From: Octopus bimaculoides
Lineage: Eukaryota
Assembly (NCBI RefSeq): GCF_001194135.2
Contig: NC_068987.1
Span: 79,626,861 to 79,690,860, forward strand
Reading direction: 5' to 3'
DNA: 64,000 nucleotides
The position numbers and the translations under genes are program-made. How positions within the stretch are numbered: position 1 is the stretch's first letter; each line of letters opens with the position of its first letter. This document shows positions 63,440 through 64,000 of this stretch, one piece after another. The notes under the pieces are model-generated. The model saw nothing but the letters and a program-made list of their open reading frames with translations, was not told the origin of the DNA and made no database searches.

Positions 63440-63690
63440 TCAGCCTTTTGCTCCGTAATCATGAAATCTCGTTTACAAATCTACACTTTATGTGCTTTCT
63501 TCTGTTGTAAACCTTCGACCAATTGACAACAAGTAGGTCGATAAAAACTGCCCATAAGCCCTCGACCGGACTCCATCTTCTTTTCAAAGAATCAACCCAT
63601 TTACGCCATGTTACCATGTTATTTTGTCCGATGATAACATCACAAATACAACTGATAATACCTTGATAGTTACGTGGATTGAAAACCATT
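63440..63690 (-). mobile_element. Decayed LINE reverse-transcriptase fragment
   Basis: NPRNYQGIISC...SLKRRWSPVEGLWAV...FV resembles xxNYRGISL...GFRxxRSTxxxI...FVD. Confidence 0.45.
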
Positions 63691-64000
63691 TGAATATACG
63701 TAGGAAATTTGAAGTGTGCTCTGAACTGATTAAGTTAAGATATAGCGGCAACACAATGTACTATTTCTTTATTAGATTCGGGTTTAAAAAGTATTTGAAA
63801 TGGATTTTTTTTTCTTTATAGCTTTTATCAAAGAGAAATTACAAGATGATATATATTTAGCATGAAGATTGATATAAAAAAAAAAAATTAAATAAACAGT
63901 CTCCTTCCTTGTCAGAACACAGCACATATTTTATTTTGGTTTGTTGGCATGTACTTATTTAACACTCATAAATTAGTGATGAAAACTATAGAACATATGT

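Overview
AT-rich eukaryotic DNA from a short-read draft assembly: about 19 N-gaps totalling roughly 7.5 kb, nearly all next to (TA)n/(CA)n/(CT)n tracts. The repeat content looks like a cephalopod (Octopus-type) genome; this is my recognition, not a database result. I cannot support any host protein-coding gene. Almost all ORF-track entries are translations of microsatellites or N-runs. The interpretable content is decayed mobile DNA: RTE, CR1-like, Tx1/L1 and R4/Dong-type LINE fragments; three different Penelope-like (GIY-YIG) fragments; Tc1, mariner and a full-length decayed maT/DD37D transposon; hAT-type MITEs; and at least five tRNA-derived SINE families (my labels A-E). The most interesting observations are: (1) a hammerhead ribozyme with a complete catalytic core at 44614-44694 (-) beside a Penelope fragment, plus three degenerate hammerhead-like motifs; (2) a ~255-bp-arm inverted repeat at 21114-22773 whose identity falls abruptly from ~96-98% to 78%; (3) SINE family A, whose internal microsatellite repeatedly hosts nested insertions; (4) evidence of SINE/LINE tail sharing and tail swapping. 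Family assignments come from motif recognition by eye and need Dfam/Repbase/HMM confirmation. Boundaries of degenerate copies are approximate.
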